Shown here in pieces: positions 40,999-50,200 of a stretch of DNA of 64,000 nt. The position numbers and the translations under genes were made by a program. The stretch comes from Candidatus Eiseniibacteriota bacterium. GTDB lineage: Bacteria; Eisenbacteria; RBG-16-71-46. The DNA is taken from NCBI GenBank assembly GCA_044223005.1, contig JBGAML010000016.1:1-64000 (forward strand), written 5' to 3'. Position 1 is the first letter of the stretch, and every line of letters begins with the position of its first letter. The notes under the pieces are model-generated. The model saw only the letters and a program-made list of their open reading frames with translations, did not search any database and was not told the DNA's origin.

Positions 40999-41637
40999 AT
41001 GACCTACCGTACGCTTTCGCACATCGCCTTCTCGGCCGGCCTGTTCCTGTTGCCGCTCGCGTTCCGCCCCGCGCTCCTCGTCTCCCCGGCCCCGTGGTTC
41101 GCGGTCGTGATGGCGGTGGCGATCCTCGTCACGCAGCCGTCGATGCACCTCGGGGAATCGGCCGCGAGGGATTCCGCCGATCGCGGCTCGGCGCTCGGCA
41201 TCTTCGTCGCCATGATCGGGACGCAGTTCGCGGCCGCGGTCGACTTCGCCCTGCACGCACCGGACGCGCGCGCGGGCGCCCCGTTCTTCGCCGGGGCCGC
41301 GATCGCGCTTGCCGGCTTCGCGCTGCGTTACTGGTCGATCCAGGTCCTGGGGCGCTTCTTCACCGCCGAGGTGCGCGTCGCCGGTGACCACGAAGTCGTC
41401 ACGTCGGGACCGTACCGCGTGCTGCGTCACCCGTCGTATACCGGCGCCATGCTGGTTGCGCTCGGCACCGCGATCGCGTTCGGCAGCGTGTTGGGCGTGG
41501 CGCTCGTCGCAGCGCTCTGCGTGCCCGCCTACCTCTATCGCATCGCCACCGAGGAGCGCGCGCTCGTCGCCCAGTTGGGCGCGGCCTACGCCGACTACCG
41601 CAGCCGGACCTGGGGGCTCGTACCCGGGCTGCGGTGA
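40999..41637 (+). CDS. Isoprenylcysteine carboxyl methyltransferase (ICMT/Ste14) family membrane methyltransferase
   Basis: LGRFF, VVTSGPYRVLRHPSYTG, RIATEE..L, Y.DY; several TM helices. Confidence 0.9.
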   Translation: MTYRTLSHIAFSAGLFLLPLAFRPALLVSPAPWFAVVMAVAILVTQPSMHLGESAARDSADRGSALGIFVAMIGTQFAAAVDFALHAPDARAGAPFFAGAAIALAGFALRYWSIQVLGRFFTAEVRVAGDHEVVTSGPYRVLRHPSYTGAMLVALGTAIAFGSVLGVALVAALCVPAYLYRIATEERALVAQLGAAYADYRSRTWGLVPGLR

Positions 41638-41726
41638 TTCGCGCTCGGGGGGCGCGAACACGCGGGCGGCGGCGCCGGCACGGACCGCCGCTCGCGGCGT
41701 TTCGGCCGCGAGCGAATCGGAACGCG

Positions 41727-41756
41727 GTCACACCGGCGCGTGCCCCACGACTACCC
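41727..41756 (+). promoter_or_regulatory. Putative ECF promoter, copy 4
   Basis: GTCACA-ccggcgcgtgccccac-GACT-ACCC. Confidence 0.78.
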
Positions 41757-41799
41757 CGGTGTTCGCACGTTCACTTCCTCTAGCCAGAAGGAGAAAGCC

Positions 41800-42654
41800 A
41801 TGCACCAACTCCGAATCGCACGATCGGCCACCATGCTCCGCAGGTTCTGGTTCCTCCCTCTCGGTGCGACGTGCCTGGTCGTCCTGACGCTCGCCGGATG
41901 CGGGCGAGGCCCGGGAAGCGTGACCGGCGGCGGAGGCGGAAACGTCACCGACAACTCCCAGACGCGCGCCCAGGCCGACTTCGTCGCCAGCGCGACCATG
42001 GGTGACGCTCCGTTTGCGGTCACGTTCACGGATCGATCGGTCAACGCCACGAGCCTCTCCTGGGACTTCGGCGACGGTACGACGTCGACCGCGACGAACC
42101 CGACACATGTCTTCACGTCGCTGGGTCGCAGGACCGTCACGCTGACGGCACGAGGCGCCGATGGCACGACGTCCGTCGTGACGCTTCCGATCACCACCTG
42201 CCTCGTCATCCGGCCGTTCCTCAATCTGCCGGCCCAGGGAGCGTTCTTCCCGGTCCATACGAATGGCGATTGCGAGTTCGGCGGTCATGGTCCCGAGACG
42301 TGGCTGGACGCAAGGCTGGGAACGGACACGAGCGGCAAGAAGCTCATCCTCACGATTCACATGAAGGCACGCGAAACCCAATCGGACTGGACCACTGCCG
42401 AGAGCACCTGGGAGGACGTCGTGTGGACGTCGGGCTCGAGCTACACAGTGCGGGATCTCTCGACGGTCACGACTGCCAGCGTGCACGTCATCACGACGAC
42501 GAAGGGCTATCACGATTCGGCGGCGAACGATCTCGGCAGGTTCCACTGGGTTGGCGATACGGATGGCAACGACGTCTGCGGCACGACGCAAGACGACACC
42601 CACACCTATTTCATCCTCAATCCGAACTACCAGGTTCGGATCCAGCCCAGCTGA
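41800..42654 (+). CDS. PKD-domain lipoprotein
   Basis: AAGGAG RBS; lipobox LAGC; PKD signature AP..VTFTD.S..WDFGDG..NPTHVF..VTLT. Confidence 0.85.
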   Translation: MHQLRIARSATMLRRFWFLPLGATCLVVLTLAGCGRGPGSVTGGGGGNVTDNSQTRAQADFVASATMGDAPFAVTFTDRSVNATSLSWDFGDGTTSTATNPTHVFTSLGRRTVTLTARGADGTTSVVTLPITTCLVIRPFLNLPAQGAFFPVHTNGDCEFGGHGPETWLDARLGTDTSGKKLILTIHMKARETQSDWTTAESTWEDVVWTSGSSYTVRDLSTVTTASVHVITTTKGYHDSAANDLGRFHWVGDTDGNDVCGTTQDDTHTYFILNPNYQVRIQPS

Positions 42655-42722
42655 GACACGGTCTTCGATCGAGCCGGGATGAGCGCTTCGCTCGCCACCA
42701 CTTCCGAACGGAGGGCTCCGCC

Positions 42723-43223
42723 ATGAAGCTGCACAAGCAGTCCATGCGACGATTCCTCGTCCTGATCGCGTTCGCGCTCGCCGCGGCGAGTGCGGTGCTG
42801 AGCTCGGAATCCTGCGTCGCCCTGCACCGGCAGCATGCCGACACGCTCGGCGATCTCGCGGTTCAACCGCGTCGCCCTGGCGGGAGGCCGGTTCGTCCGG
42901 AACCTCCGCGCCACTCCTCCGGGGCCTTCGTCTACCTCGATTCGAGTGACCGAGCGATCAACGTCGATGCGGATGGCAACCCTCGTCCCGCGACGTCCGG
43001 TGAACTCGGCCGGGCTCGGCGCCGAGCCTATTGCTCGTTCGGGGCTCATGGAGACGCTGGCTCGCCGGGTGTGGGTGCAATATGCCTGCTTCCGCAACCG
43101 TTCGACGGAAGGAGTTCATACCCATCGAGCGTGCCCCTTCCCAATGGCATCGCCGATATGTCTCAGGCAGGTATCGGGCAGGCGCAGGGAGTGCCGAGCG
43201 TTGGGGACCGGGAGCTTCGCTGA
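42723..43223 (+). CDS. Hypothetical secreted protein
   Basis: GGAGGG RBS; hydrophobic N-terminus MRRFLVLIAFALAAASAVL; no recognised domain. Confidence 0.5.
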   Translation: MKLHKQSMRRFLVLIAFALAAASAVLSSESCVALHRQHADTLGDLAVQPRRPGGRPVRPEPPRHSSGAFVYLDSSDRAINVDADGNPRPATSGELGRARRRAYCSFGAHGDAGSPGVGAICLLPQPFDGRSSYPSSVPLPNGIADMSQAGIGQAQGVPSVGDRELR

Positions 43224-43303
43224 ATCGCGTAACCGCCGCGCCGGGTGGACCTCCCCGCCCGCCCGGCGCGTTTCGTGTGCGGGGCAGGGAGAGCGTCGCT
43301 GGC

Positions 43304-43333
43304 GTCACATTGATGCTGGAATCGCGACTGCCC
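43304..43333 (+). promoter_or_regulatory. Putative ECF promoter, copy 5
   Basis: GTCACA-ttgatgctggaatcgc-GACT-GCCC. Confidence 0.78.
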
Positions 43334-43385
43334 GAGTGAACGCCGAAGCCATCTCTCTCCCCAGCACCGTTCCCGGAGGCCCGCC

Positions 43386-44261
43386 ATGGTGTCGCTCCCG
43401 ATCGCCGACACGCCCTGCGCCGCAGACGCCCTCGAGTTCGTGTTCCGCGAGGTTCGCTCCGCCCACGAGATGCAGCAGGTGCTCGCGCTCCGGTACGAGA
43501 TCTACGAGCGCTCGTCGGGCACCAACCACCATGCATCGCTGGACGGGACGTCGCGGCTGGACGTGGATGCGTACGACACCGTCTCGCGGCACTTCGGCCT
43601 GTTTGCGCGCTGGCGTGGACGCGAGAGCGTGGCCGGAACGCTGCGGCTCGTGACCGGCCGGACGTCCCCGCAGGTTGCGCTGCTGCATGCATGCTGCGCT
43701 GCGCACGACCACCTCGCCCGGCGGCTGGCCGTGCCGCCGGCGAATGCGTTGCCCATGCTCGGCTATCTCGACGCCGCGCAGGCGCTCGAACCGTGGCTGC
43801 GCGAGCTGCGAGCGAACGGCGAGCTCGTGGCCGAGGCCGGCCGTTTCGCGATCGAGCCGCGCGTGCTCGCCGAGGTGGGGCGCGCGGGGATTCGACTCTC
43901 GCACCACGTCGTACTTTCGGCGATCGCATCGGCGTGTGAGCAGGATCGCGTGGACCGGGTCGTGATCAGCGCCGAGCCATTTCTCGCGCGGCTCTATTCG
44001 TCGTTCGGCTTCGCGCCCGTGCCGTGCGCCCCGGCCGCCCGCTGCGTTCGGTCGGGGGTGCGCCACGTCGTGCTCCACGCGACGCCCGAAATGGTGCCCG
44101 CCGCCGCGCGGGCGCTGGTCGCGGAACGGGCACGCCAGCTTCGTGCAACGGGGGAGTGCGCGCTGCGCCTCGACGGGGGGCGACCGTTGGTCCTGACCGT
44201 GCCGCTTTCGTCGGCCCGCATCGGCTCCACGGTGCCGCAGCCAGCGCTTGGAGCCGCCTGA
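43386..44261 (+). CDS. GNAT-fold acyltransferase, FeeM-like (paralog 2)
   Basis: VFREV..VLALRYEIY, LDVDAYD..SRH, VAGTLRL, LPML, VAEAGRF, RLSH, LY..FGF; collinear with 40048..40917. Confidence 0.75.
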   Translation: MVSLPIADTPCAADALEFVFREVRSAHEMQQVLALRYEIYERSSGTNHHASLDGTSRLDVDAYDTVSRHFGLFARWRGRESVAGTLRLVTGRTSPQVALLHACCAAHDHLARRLAVPPANALPMLGYLDAAQALEPWLRELRANGELVAEAGRFAIEPRVLAEVGRAGIRLSHHVVLSAIASACEQDRVDRVVISAEPFLARLYSSFGFAPVPCAPAARCVRSGVRHVVLHATPEMVPAAARALVAERARQLRATGECALRLDGGRPLVLTVPLSSARIGSTVPQPALGAA

Positions 44262-44343
44262 GCCCCGCTCGGCGGGGCCGCCGGGGACCGGTTTCGGGCT
44301 CCGGAGGCCTCTGGAACGGCTCAACCCGTTGCCCAAAAACGGA

Positions 44344-44372
44344 TTGACAGGAATCCCGGGGGGCACTAACGT
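44344..44372 (+). promoter_or_regulatory. sigma70 promoter of the HU gene
   Basis: TTGACA-N17-TAACGT. Confidence 0.7.
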
Positions 44373-44445
44373 CCCCCACACGATCACCGCCCCGGATATC
44401 CCCCCAGCCGGGATCCGTCGCGGGAGCAGTCGTCAGGAGGGTCAG

Positions 44446-44724
44446 ATGACCAAGGCCGATATCGTGGACCAGATCGCCGAGCGCACTGGCCTGACCAAGA
44501 AGGACGTCGCGGAAACCGTGGACAGCTTCCTCAACGCCGTTGCGAAGGCGCTGGCCAACGGTCACCACATCGAGATCCGCGGCTTCGGGACGTTCCGGGT
44601 CAAGGACCGCAAGTCGCGCATCGCCCGCAATCCCCGTACCGGCGAAGCGGTTCCGGTGCCGCCGCGTCGCGTTCCGGTCTTCAAGGTCAGCAAGGAATTG
44701 AAGGACATGGTGTCGCAGCAGTAG
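44446..44724 (+). CDS. hup: HU/IHF-family DNA-binding protein
   Basis: MTKADIV, IEIRGFGTF, ARNPRTGE, PVFK; AGGAGG RBS. Confidence 0.93.
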   Translation: MTKADIVDQIAERTGLTKKDVAETVDSFLNAVAKALANGHHIEIRGFGTFRVKDRKSRIARNPRTGEAVPVPPRRVPVFKVSKELKDMVSQQ

Positions 44725-44880
44725 CCGCGCGCCGTCCTCGCGCCCCGCTCCCGGATGCGGCTTCGAGCCGCGCTCGCGAGCGGGGTTTCGCGTTTCGGCC
44801 CGCGGGGCCACTCGCGCGCGCAAAGCGAAGCGCCGCCGGCGGATTCGCCGGCGGCGCTGTCGATACCGGGACGTCGTGCG

Positions 44881-45585
44881 TCAGCGACGATTGCCGCGGA
44901 TCAGCATGAGGCGCATCAGCTGCAGCGCCGCCATCGCGGCCGCGGCCACGTACGTGAGCGCCGCCGCGTCGAGCACGCGCTTCGCGCCCGCCACTTCCTG
45001 CGGCATCACGGCACCGGACTCGGTGAGCTGGCGCAGCGCGCGCCGACTGGCGTCGAACTCGACCGGCAGCGTGACGAAGTGGAAAAGCACGGCGCCCGCG
45101 AAGAACAGGATGCCCAGGTCCATGAGCACGCCGCCGAACGGCATGCGCGGACCGAACAGCAGCCCGATGAAGAAGAGCGGCATCGCGAGCGACGAGCCGA
45201 TCCCCGCGACCGGTGCGAACGACGCGCGGAACTGCAGCGGGAAGTAGCCCTGGTGGTGCTGCAGGACGTGGCCGACTTCGTGCGCCGCGACCGCGATCGA
45301 CGCGATCGAGTTGCCTTCGTAGATGTCCGGCGAGAGCCGCACGGTGCGCGCGCCCGGATCGTAGTGGTCCGACAGCGACCCGCCGATCTCCTCGATGTTC
45401 ACGTCGGTGACGCCGTTGCGCTGCATGATCGCGCGCGCCATGTCGCGCCCGGTGAGCCCGTTCGCCGCCGGCACCTGCGCGAACTTCTCGTAGGTGTTGC
45501 GCACCTTCCATTGCGCCCAGAGCGCGAAGGCCATCGCGGGCAGCAGCAGCAGGAACGTGGAGTCGAATCCGAAGAACGGCAGCAT
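44881..45585 (-). CDS. YugP-like membrane zinc metallopeptidase
   Basis: LSDHYDP, AVAAHEVGH, TLPVEFDAS.RA, AAALTYV. Confidence 0.92.
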   Translation of the reverse strand: MLPFFGFDSTFLLLLPAMAFALWAQWKVRNTYEKFAQVPAANGLTGRDMARAIMQRNGVTDVNIEEIGGSLSDHYDPGARTVRLSPDIYEGNSIASIAVAAHEVGHVLQHHQGYFPLQFRASFAPVAGIGSSLAMPLFFIGLLFGPRMPFGGVLMDLGILFFAGAVLFHFVTLPVEFDASRRALRQLTESGAVMPQEVAGAKRVLDAAALTYVAAAAMAALQLMRLMLIRGNRR

Positions 45586-45888
45586 GTGGGGAGTGGCTCC
45601 TGGCGCGGAAGTCGCGCACCGTCGGCGCGGACACCGTGTCCGCGCGACACGGGTTTCGATGCGCGCCAGCGTCTGCCGTCGCGCGTTCCCGGTCGCCATC
45701 AGTTATCGCACGCCGCGCCGCCGGATCGCGTCACGCGGGTGTCAGGACCGCGCGATCCCGGTGCAAAGAACGCCGGCGCCCGCCCGGGGAACGGCGGTGA
45801 AGCCGGATGCGAAAGGCCCTAGACTGCACCGCCGTTCCCGACCTGCCGGAAATCCGGTTCCCCTTCCACGAGCCCGAGCGGACCCGAC

Positions 45889-46926
45889 ATGACCTCCCTG
45901 GCGAACGCCATCGACATGCGCAGCGACACCGTCACCCGTCCCACGCCCGCCATGCGCCGCGCGATCGCCGAGGCGGTCGTCGGCGACGACGTCTTCGGCG
46001 ACGACCCGACCGTGCTCGAACTGGAACGGCGCTGCGCCGAACTGGCGGGCAAGGAAGCGGCCGTCTACGTGCCGAGCGGCACCATGGGCAACCAGCTCGC
46101 GGTGAACGCGCTCACGCAGCCGGGCGACGAGGTCCTGCTCGAGGAGACGAGCCACATCTTCCTCTACGAGCAGGGCGGGATCGCCGCCAACAGCGGCTGC
46201 CTCGCGCACGTCGTGAAGGGCACGCGCGGCGTGCTGCCCGCGGACGCGCTGGCGTCGGCACTGCGCTCGGCCGACGATCCGCACGTCGCCCGGTTGTCGC
46301 TGGTCTGCGCCGAGAACACGCACAACCGCGCCGGCGGCGCCATCGTGCCGCTCGCGTCGCTGCGCGCGCTCGCCGCCGACGCCCGTGCGCGCGGCGTGCG
46401 TGTGCACCTGGACGGCGCACGGCTCTGGAACGCGAGCGTGGCGAGCGGAGTGCCGATCGCCGACTGGGCCGCGTGCGCGGACACCGTGATGATGTGCTTC
46501 AGCAAGGCGCTGGGCGCGCCGGTGGGCTCGATCCTCGTCGGTTCGGGCGAGGCGATCCGCGCCGCGCGCCGCACGCGCAAGCGCTGGGGCGGCGGCATGC
46601 GCCAGGTCGGCCTGCTCGCCGCGGCCTGCCTGCACGCGCTCGATCACCACGTGGCGCGCCTCGCCGAGGATCACGCGCGCGCGAAGGCGCTCGCCGCCGG
46701 CATGCGCGTCGCCGGCGTGACCGTGGAGGAGCCGGACACGAACATCGTGATCGCGACGCTCGCCCCGCCGCTGGATCCAGCGAAGGTGCTCGTCGCGCTC
46801 GAATCCCGCGGGGTGCGCATGGTGGGCTTCGGCGCCGGCCGCATTCGCGCCATCTGCCACCTCGACGTGGACGACGCCGGCGTGCAGCGCGCGATCGCCG
46901 CTTGGCGCGAGGTCGTGGCGGGCTAG
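45889..46926 (+). CDS. ltaE: Low-specificity L-threonine aldolase
   Basis: DMRSDTVT, GDDVFGDDPT, SGTMGN, ENTHN, HLDGAR, FSKALGAPVGS, GGGMRQ. Confidence 0.93.
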   Translation: MTSLANAIDMRSDTVTRPTPAMRRAIAEAVVGDDVFGDDPTVLELERRCAELAGKEAAVYVPSGTMGNQLAVNALTQPGDEVLLEETSHIFLYEQGGIAANSGCLAHVVKGTRGVLPADALASALRSADDPHVARLSLVCAENTHNRAGGAIVPLASLRALAADARARGVRVHLDGARLWNASVASGVPIADWAACADTVMMCFSKALGAPVGSILVGSGEAIRAARRTRKRWGGGMRQVGLLAAACLHALDHHVARLAEDHARAKALAAGMRVAGVTVEEPDTNIVIATLAPPLDPAKVLVALESRGVRMVGFGAGRIRAICHLDVDDAGVQRAIAAWREVVAG

Positions 46927-47117
46927 CGGTTCCGGATCACGAAGCGATCGCGGCGCGGTTCCCGGGAGGGAGCCGCGCCGCGAGCGTTTCCCCGGTGGGG
47001 GCCGCCCCATGGCATGGACGTTGCCCATCACCAACATGCTGATGGCAGGGAATCCGATCCACTCGCGCGGACTCCTACGTGGGGAGGTGCTGCGATGTCG
47101 CTGGTCGTGAGGAAACC

Positions 47118-48821
47118 GTGAAGCCGGAATCCGTCCGGGAGCCGCTCGTCGGAGCCGGGGCGCTGGCGGCGCTCGTGCTCGCCGCGGGTGCCGCCGCACT
47201 CGGGTGGCTCACGTTCCGCGACATTCGTTCCGCCGACCTCGACGCCGAAGCGCTGATGAGCGCCCAGGCGCGCTCGATCGCCTCGCTCGTCGGCGCGAGC
47301 GGCATGCATGGCCTCGACGCCTACCGGCGCTGGGAGGACGAAGTCGCCGAGCGATTGCTCGACAACGCCCGCTGGCTCGCGCGCGAGGACTCGCTGCGGC
47401 CGCTGGGCTCACGCGACCTCCACACCTACGCCCGGCTCCATTCGCTGGGGCGCATCAACCTGTTCGACGCGCGGGGCGAGAAGGTGGCGACCAGCGTGGT
47501 CGAACCCGAGGAGACGGTGCCGCCGCGGCACGACCCGCGGGACTACATCGGGCCCGTGCTGCGCGGCGAGGTGCGCGAACTGCGCATCGGGTTCAAGCCC
47601 GCGCGGTTTCGCGGGGGCAGCCGGTTCGCGGTCGCCGTGGCCCGGCGCCGCGGGGGAGCCGTCGTCGTCAACGTGTTCGCGGACTCCATGCGCGCGGTGC
47701 TCGACGACGTGCGTCCCGCGCACCTGCTCGCCACGCTCGGCCGCGCGGACGGCGTGCGCTACCTCGTGCTGCAGGCCGGGGACAGCGTGCTCGCGCGTGC
47801 GCCCACGGACGGCTCGGGAATCCCGGCACCGGAGATCCGGGGGGCCGCGGGCTCGCCCGGCGAGGTGCGGGTCCGCGAACTGCGTGCCAGCGGGGGACGC
47901 GTCTACGAAGCGACCCGCCGGCTCGCGGAAGGTGTCCCGGGTCCGCTCACGCTCCGCGTCGGGCTCGACGCCGGGCCGCTCGACCGTGCGCGAAAGGCCG
48001 TGCTGCAGCGCACGCTCATGCGTGCGCTGGTGTTCGGTCTCGTCGCAGGGCTCGGCGCGACGCTCCTCCTGCTGCGCGAGCGGCAGAGCCGGCTCGCCGG
48101 GGACTACGCCCGCGTGCGCGCCGAGCTCGCCGAGCGTGAACGCGACGCGCAGCGCAGCGCGAGGCTCGTCGCGATGGGCGAACTCGCGGGCCACGTCGCG
48201 CACGAGATCCGCAATCCGCTCAACACCATCCATCTCACGGCCCAGGAACTCGAGCGCGACCCGACGCTCGGCGACGGCCTGCGCGCGCGGCTCGAGGACG
48301 TGCGCGCGGAGAGCCAGCGCATCGAGGCGATCGTGCGCCAGTTCCTCGACTTCGCTCGCCCACGGCGGCCGCAACCCGAGTGGCTGGACCTGGCGGAAGC
48401 CGTTCGCGGGGCGGCGCGGGCGGCCGAGCCGCTCGGGAGTTCGCGCCGTGTTCGCGTCGAATCGGCCGGCGGGCCCGTGCGCGCGTGGCTCGATCCGCTG
48501 CTGCTGGGCGAGATCCTCGACAACCTGCTCCGTAACGCCTGCGAGGCCTCGCCCACCGGGGGGCGCGTGCGTATCGAGGCGACGAGCCGCGGGCGTGACG
48601 TGATCGTGAGCGTCGAGGACGACGGGCCCGGCGTGCCCGTCGAACTGCGCGAGCGGATCTTCGATCCGTACTACACCACCAAGGCGAGCGGCACCGGACT
48701 CGGCCTGAGCATCGTCGCCCAGCTGGCCGCCGCGATGGGAGGTGGCGTCGGCGTCGTGGATGCTCCCGGCGCCGGGGCGCGATTCGAACTGCGGTTTCCC
48801 GCCGCGAGGAGCGAGGCATGA
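47118..48821 (+). CDS. Membrane sensor histidine kinase (NtrB/ZraS-like)
   Basis: Two TM segments, AHEIRNPL, NLLRNA, DDGPG, FDPYYTTK..GTGLGL. Confidence 0.9.
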   Translation: MKPESVREPLVGAGALAALVLAAGAAALGWLTFRDIRSADLDAEALMSAQARSIASLVGASGMHGLDAYRRWEDEVAERLLDNARWLAREDSLRPLGSRDLHTYARLHSLGRINLFDARGEKVATSVVEPEETVPPRHDPRDYIGPVLRGEVRELRIGFKPARFRGGSRFAVAVARRRGGAVVVNVFADSMRAVLDDVRPAHLLATLGRADGVRYLVLQAGDSVLARAPTDGSGIPAPEIRGAAGSPGEVRVRELRASGGRVYEATRRLAEGVPGPLTLRVGLDAGPLDRARKAVLQRTLMRALVFGLVAGLGATLLLLRERQSRLAGDYARVRAELAERERDAQRSARLVAMGELAGHVAHEIRNPLNTIHLTAQELERDPTLGDGLRARLEDVRAESQRIEAIVRQFLDFARPRRPQPEWLDLAEAVRGAARAAEPLGSSRRVRVESAGGPVRAWLDPLLLGEILDNLLRNACEASPTGGRVRIEATSRGRDVIVSVEDDGPGVPVELRERIFDPYYTTKASGTGLGLSIVAQLAAAMGGGVGVVDAPGAGARFELRFPAARSEA

Positions 48822-50200
48822 GACGCGCGACGATCGTGATCGCGGAAGACGAAAGCCGGCAGCGCGAGGCGCTCGGGCGCGCGATCGCGGCGTGGGGACA
48901 CGACGTGCGACCGGTGTCCGGCGGACTCGCCGCGGTCGAACTCGTGCAGCGACAGGCCGTGGACGTCGTGCTCGCGGACCTGCGCATGCCCGACCTGTCG
49001 GGGCTCGAGGTGCTGCGCCGCGTGCGCGAGCTCCAGCCCGAGGTCACGGTCGTGCTCCTCACCGCCTACGGCACCGTGACGGACGCCGTGGACGCCATGA
49101 AGGGTGGTGCGGCCGACTTCCTGACCAAGCCGGTCGACCTGGGACAGCTCGAAGTGGTCATCGCGCGCGCGCTCGAGCGCAACGACCTCATTCGCGAGAA
49201 TCGCAGTCTCCGTCGCCGGCTCGAAGTCTCGACCGAGGGCTTCGCGATGATCGGGCGCTCGCTCGTGCTGCAGGAGGTCCTGGCGCGCGCGGCGCGCGCG
49301 GCGGAAACGGACGCCACCGTGCTGGTGCGGGGCGAGAGCGGCACCGGAAAGGAACTGCTCGCGCGCTCGGTCCATCGCCTCAGCCGGCGTGCCGAGGGGC
49401 CGTTCGTCGCGGTGAACTGTTCGGCGCTTCCGGAGACCCTGCTCGAGAGCGAACTCTTCGGTCACGAGCGGGGCGCGTTCACCGGCGCCACCTCCGTTCG
49501 CCGCGGGCGCATCGAGCTCGCGGCCGGAGGCACGCTCTTCCTGGACGAGATCGGCGACCTGCCGGCGGCGGTCCAGGTGAAGCTGCTCCGCTTCCTGCAG
49601 GAGCGCGAGTACTCGCGGCTCGGAAGCGAGAAGACGCTGCACGCCGACGTGCGCGTGATCACCGCCACGCATCGCGACCTCGAGTCCATGATGTCCGCGC
49701 GGACGTTTCGCGAGGACCTCTACTATCGCCTGAACGTCGTCAGTCTCACGCTGCCGCCGCTGCGCGAGCGGCGCGAAGACGTTCCCGAACTCGTGGAGCA
49801 CCTGCTGGCGCGGCTCTCGAAGCGGCACGGGCGTGACGTGACGAGCCTCAGCCACGAAGCGATGGACGCGCTGCTCCGTTACGGATTCCCCGGCAACATC
49901 CGCGAGCTCGAGAACCTGCTGGAGCAGGCGACCGTGCTCGCTTCGGGCCCGGTCGTGACGCTGCGCGATCTTCCGGAAGCCGTGACGGGCGGAGGTGCGG
50001 CACCCGCCTCGTCACCCGGCGGCGGCACGCTCGCCGAGTGGCTCGACGACATCGAGCGACGCCACGTCCTCGCGACGCTCGCTCGCCACGACGGCAACCA
50101 GAGCCGGACGGCTCGCGTGCTGGGCCTCACCGAGGGTGGTCTCCGCTACAAGCTGCGCAAGTGGGCGGGCGAGCCCGTCTCCGAAGCCGCGGATTCGTAG
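48818..50200 (+). CDS. sigma54-dependent response regulator (NtrC/ZraR-like)
   Basis: REC, GESGTGKE, GAFTGA, LFLDEIG, FREDLYYRL, PGNIREL, Fis-type HTH. Confidence 0.94.
   Translation: MRRATIVIAEDESRQREALGRAIAAWGHDVRPVSGGLAAVELVQRQAVDVVLADLRMPDLSGLEVLRRVRELQPEVTVVLLTAYGTVTDAVDAMKGGAADFLTKPVDLGQLEVVIARALERNDLIRENRSLRRRLEVSTEGFAMIGRSLVLQEVLARAARAAETDATVLVRGESGTGKELLARSVHRLSRRAEGPFVAVNCSALPETLLESELFGHERGAFTGATSVRRGRIELAAGGTLFLDEIGDLPAAVQVKLLRFLQEREYSRLGSEKTLHADVRVITATHRDLESMMSARTFREDLYYRLNVVSLTLPPLRERREDVPELVEHLLARLSKRHGRDVTSLSHEAMDALLRYGFPGNIRELENLLEQATVLASGPVVTLRDLPEAVTGGGAAPASSPGGGTLAEWLDDIERRHVLATLARHDGNQSRTARVLGLTEGGLRYKLRKWAGEPVSEAADS

Noticed and set aside
40048..44261. Calling the acyltransferases LuxI AHL synthases
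   Set aside because: They are longer than typical LuxI, lack a clear R..VF...LGW signature and have no adjacent LuxR; kept as FeeM-like.
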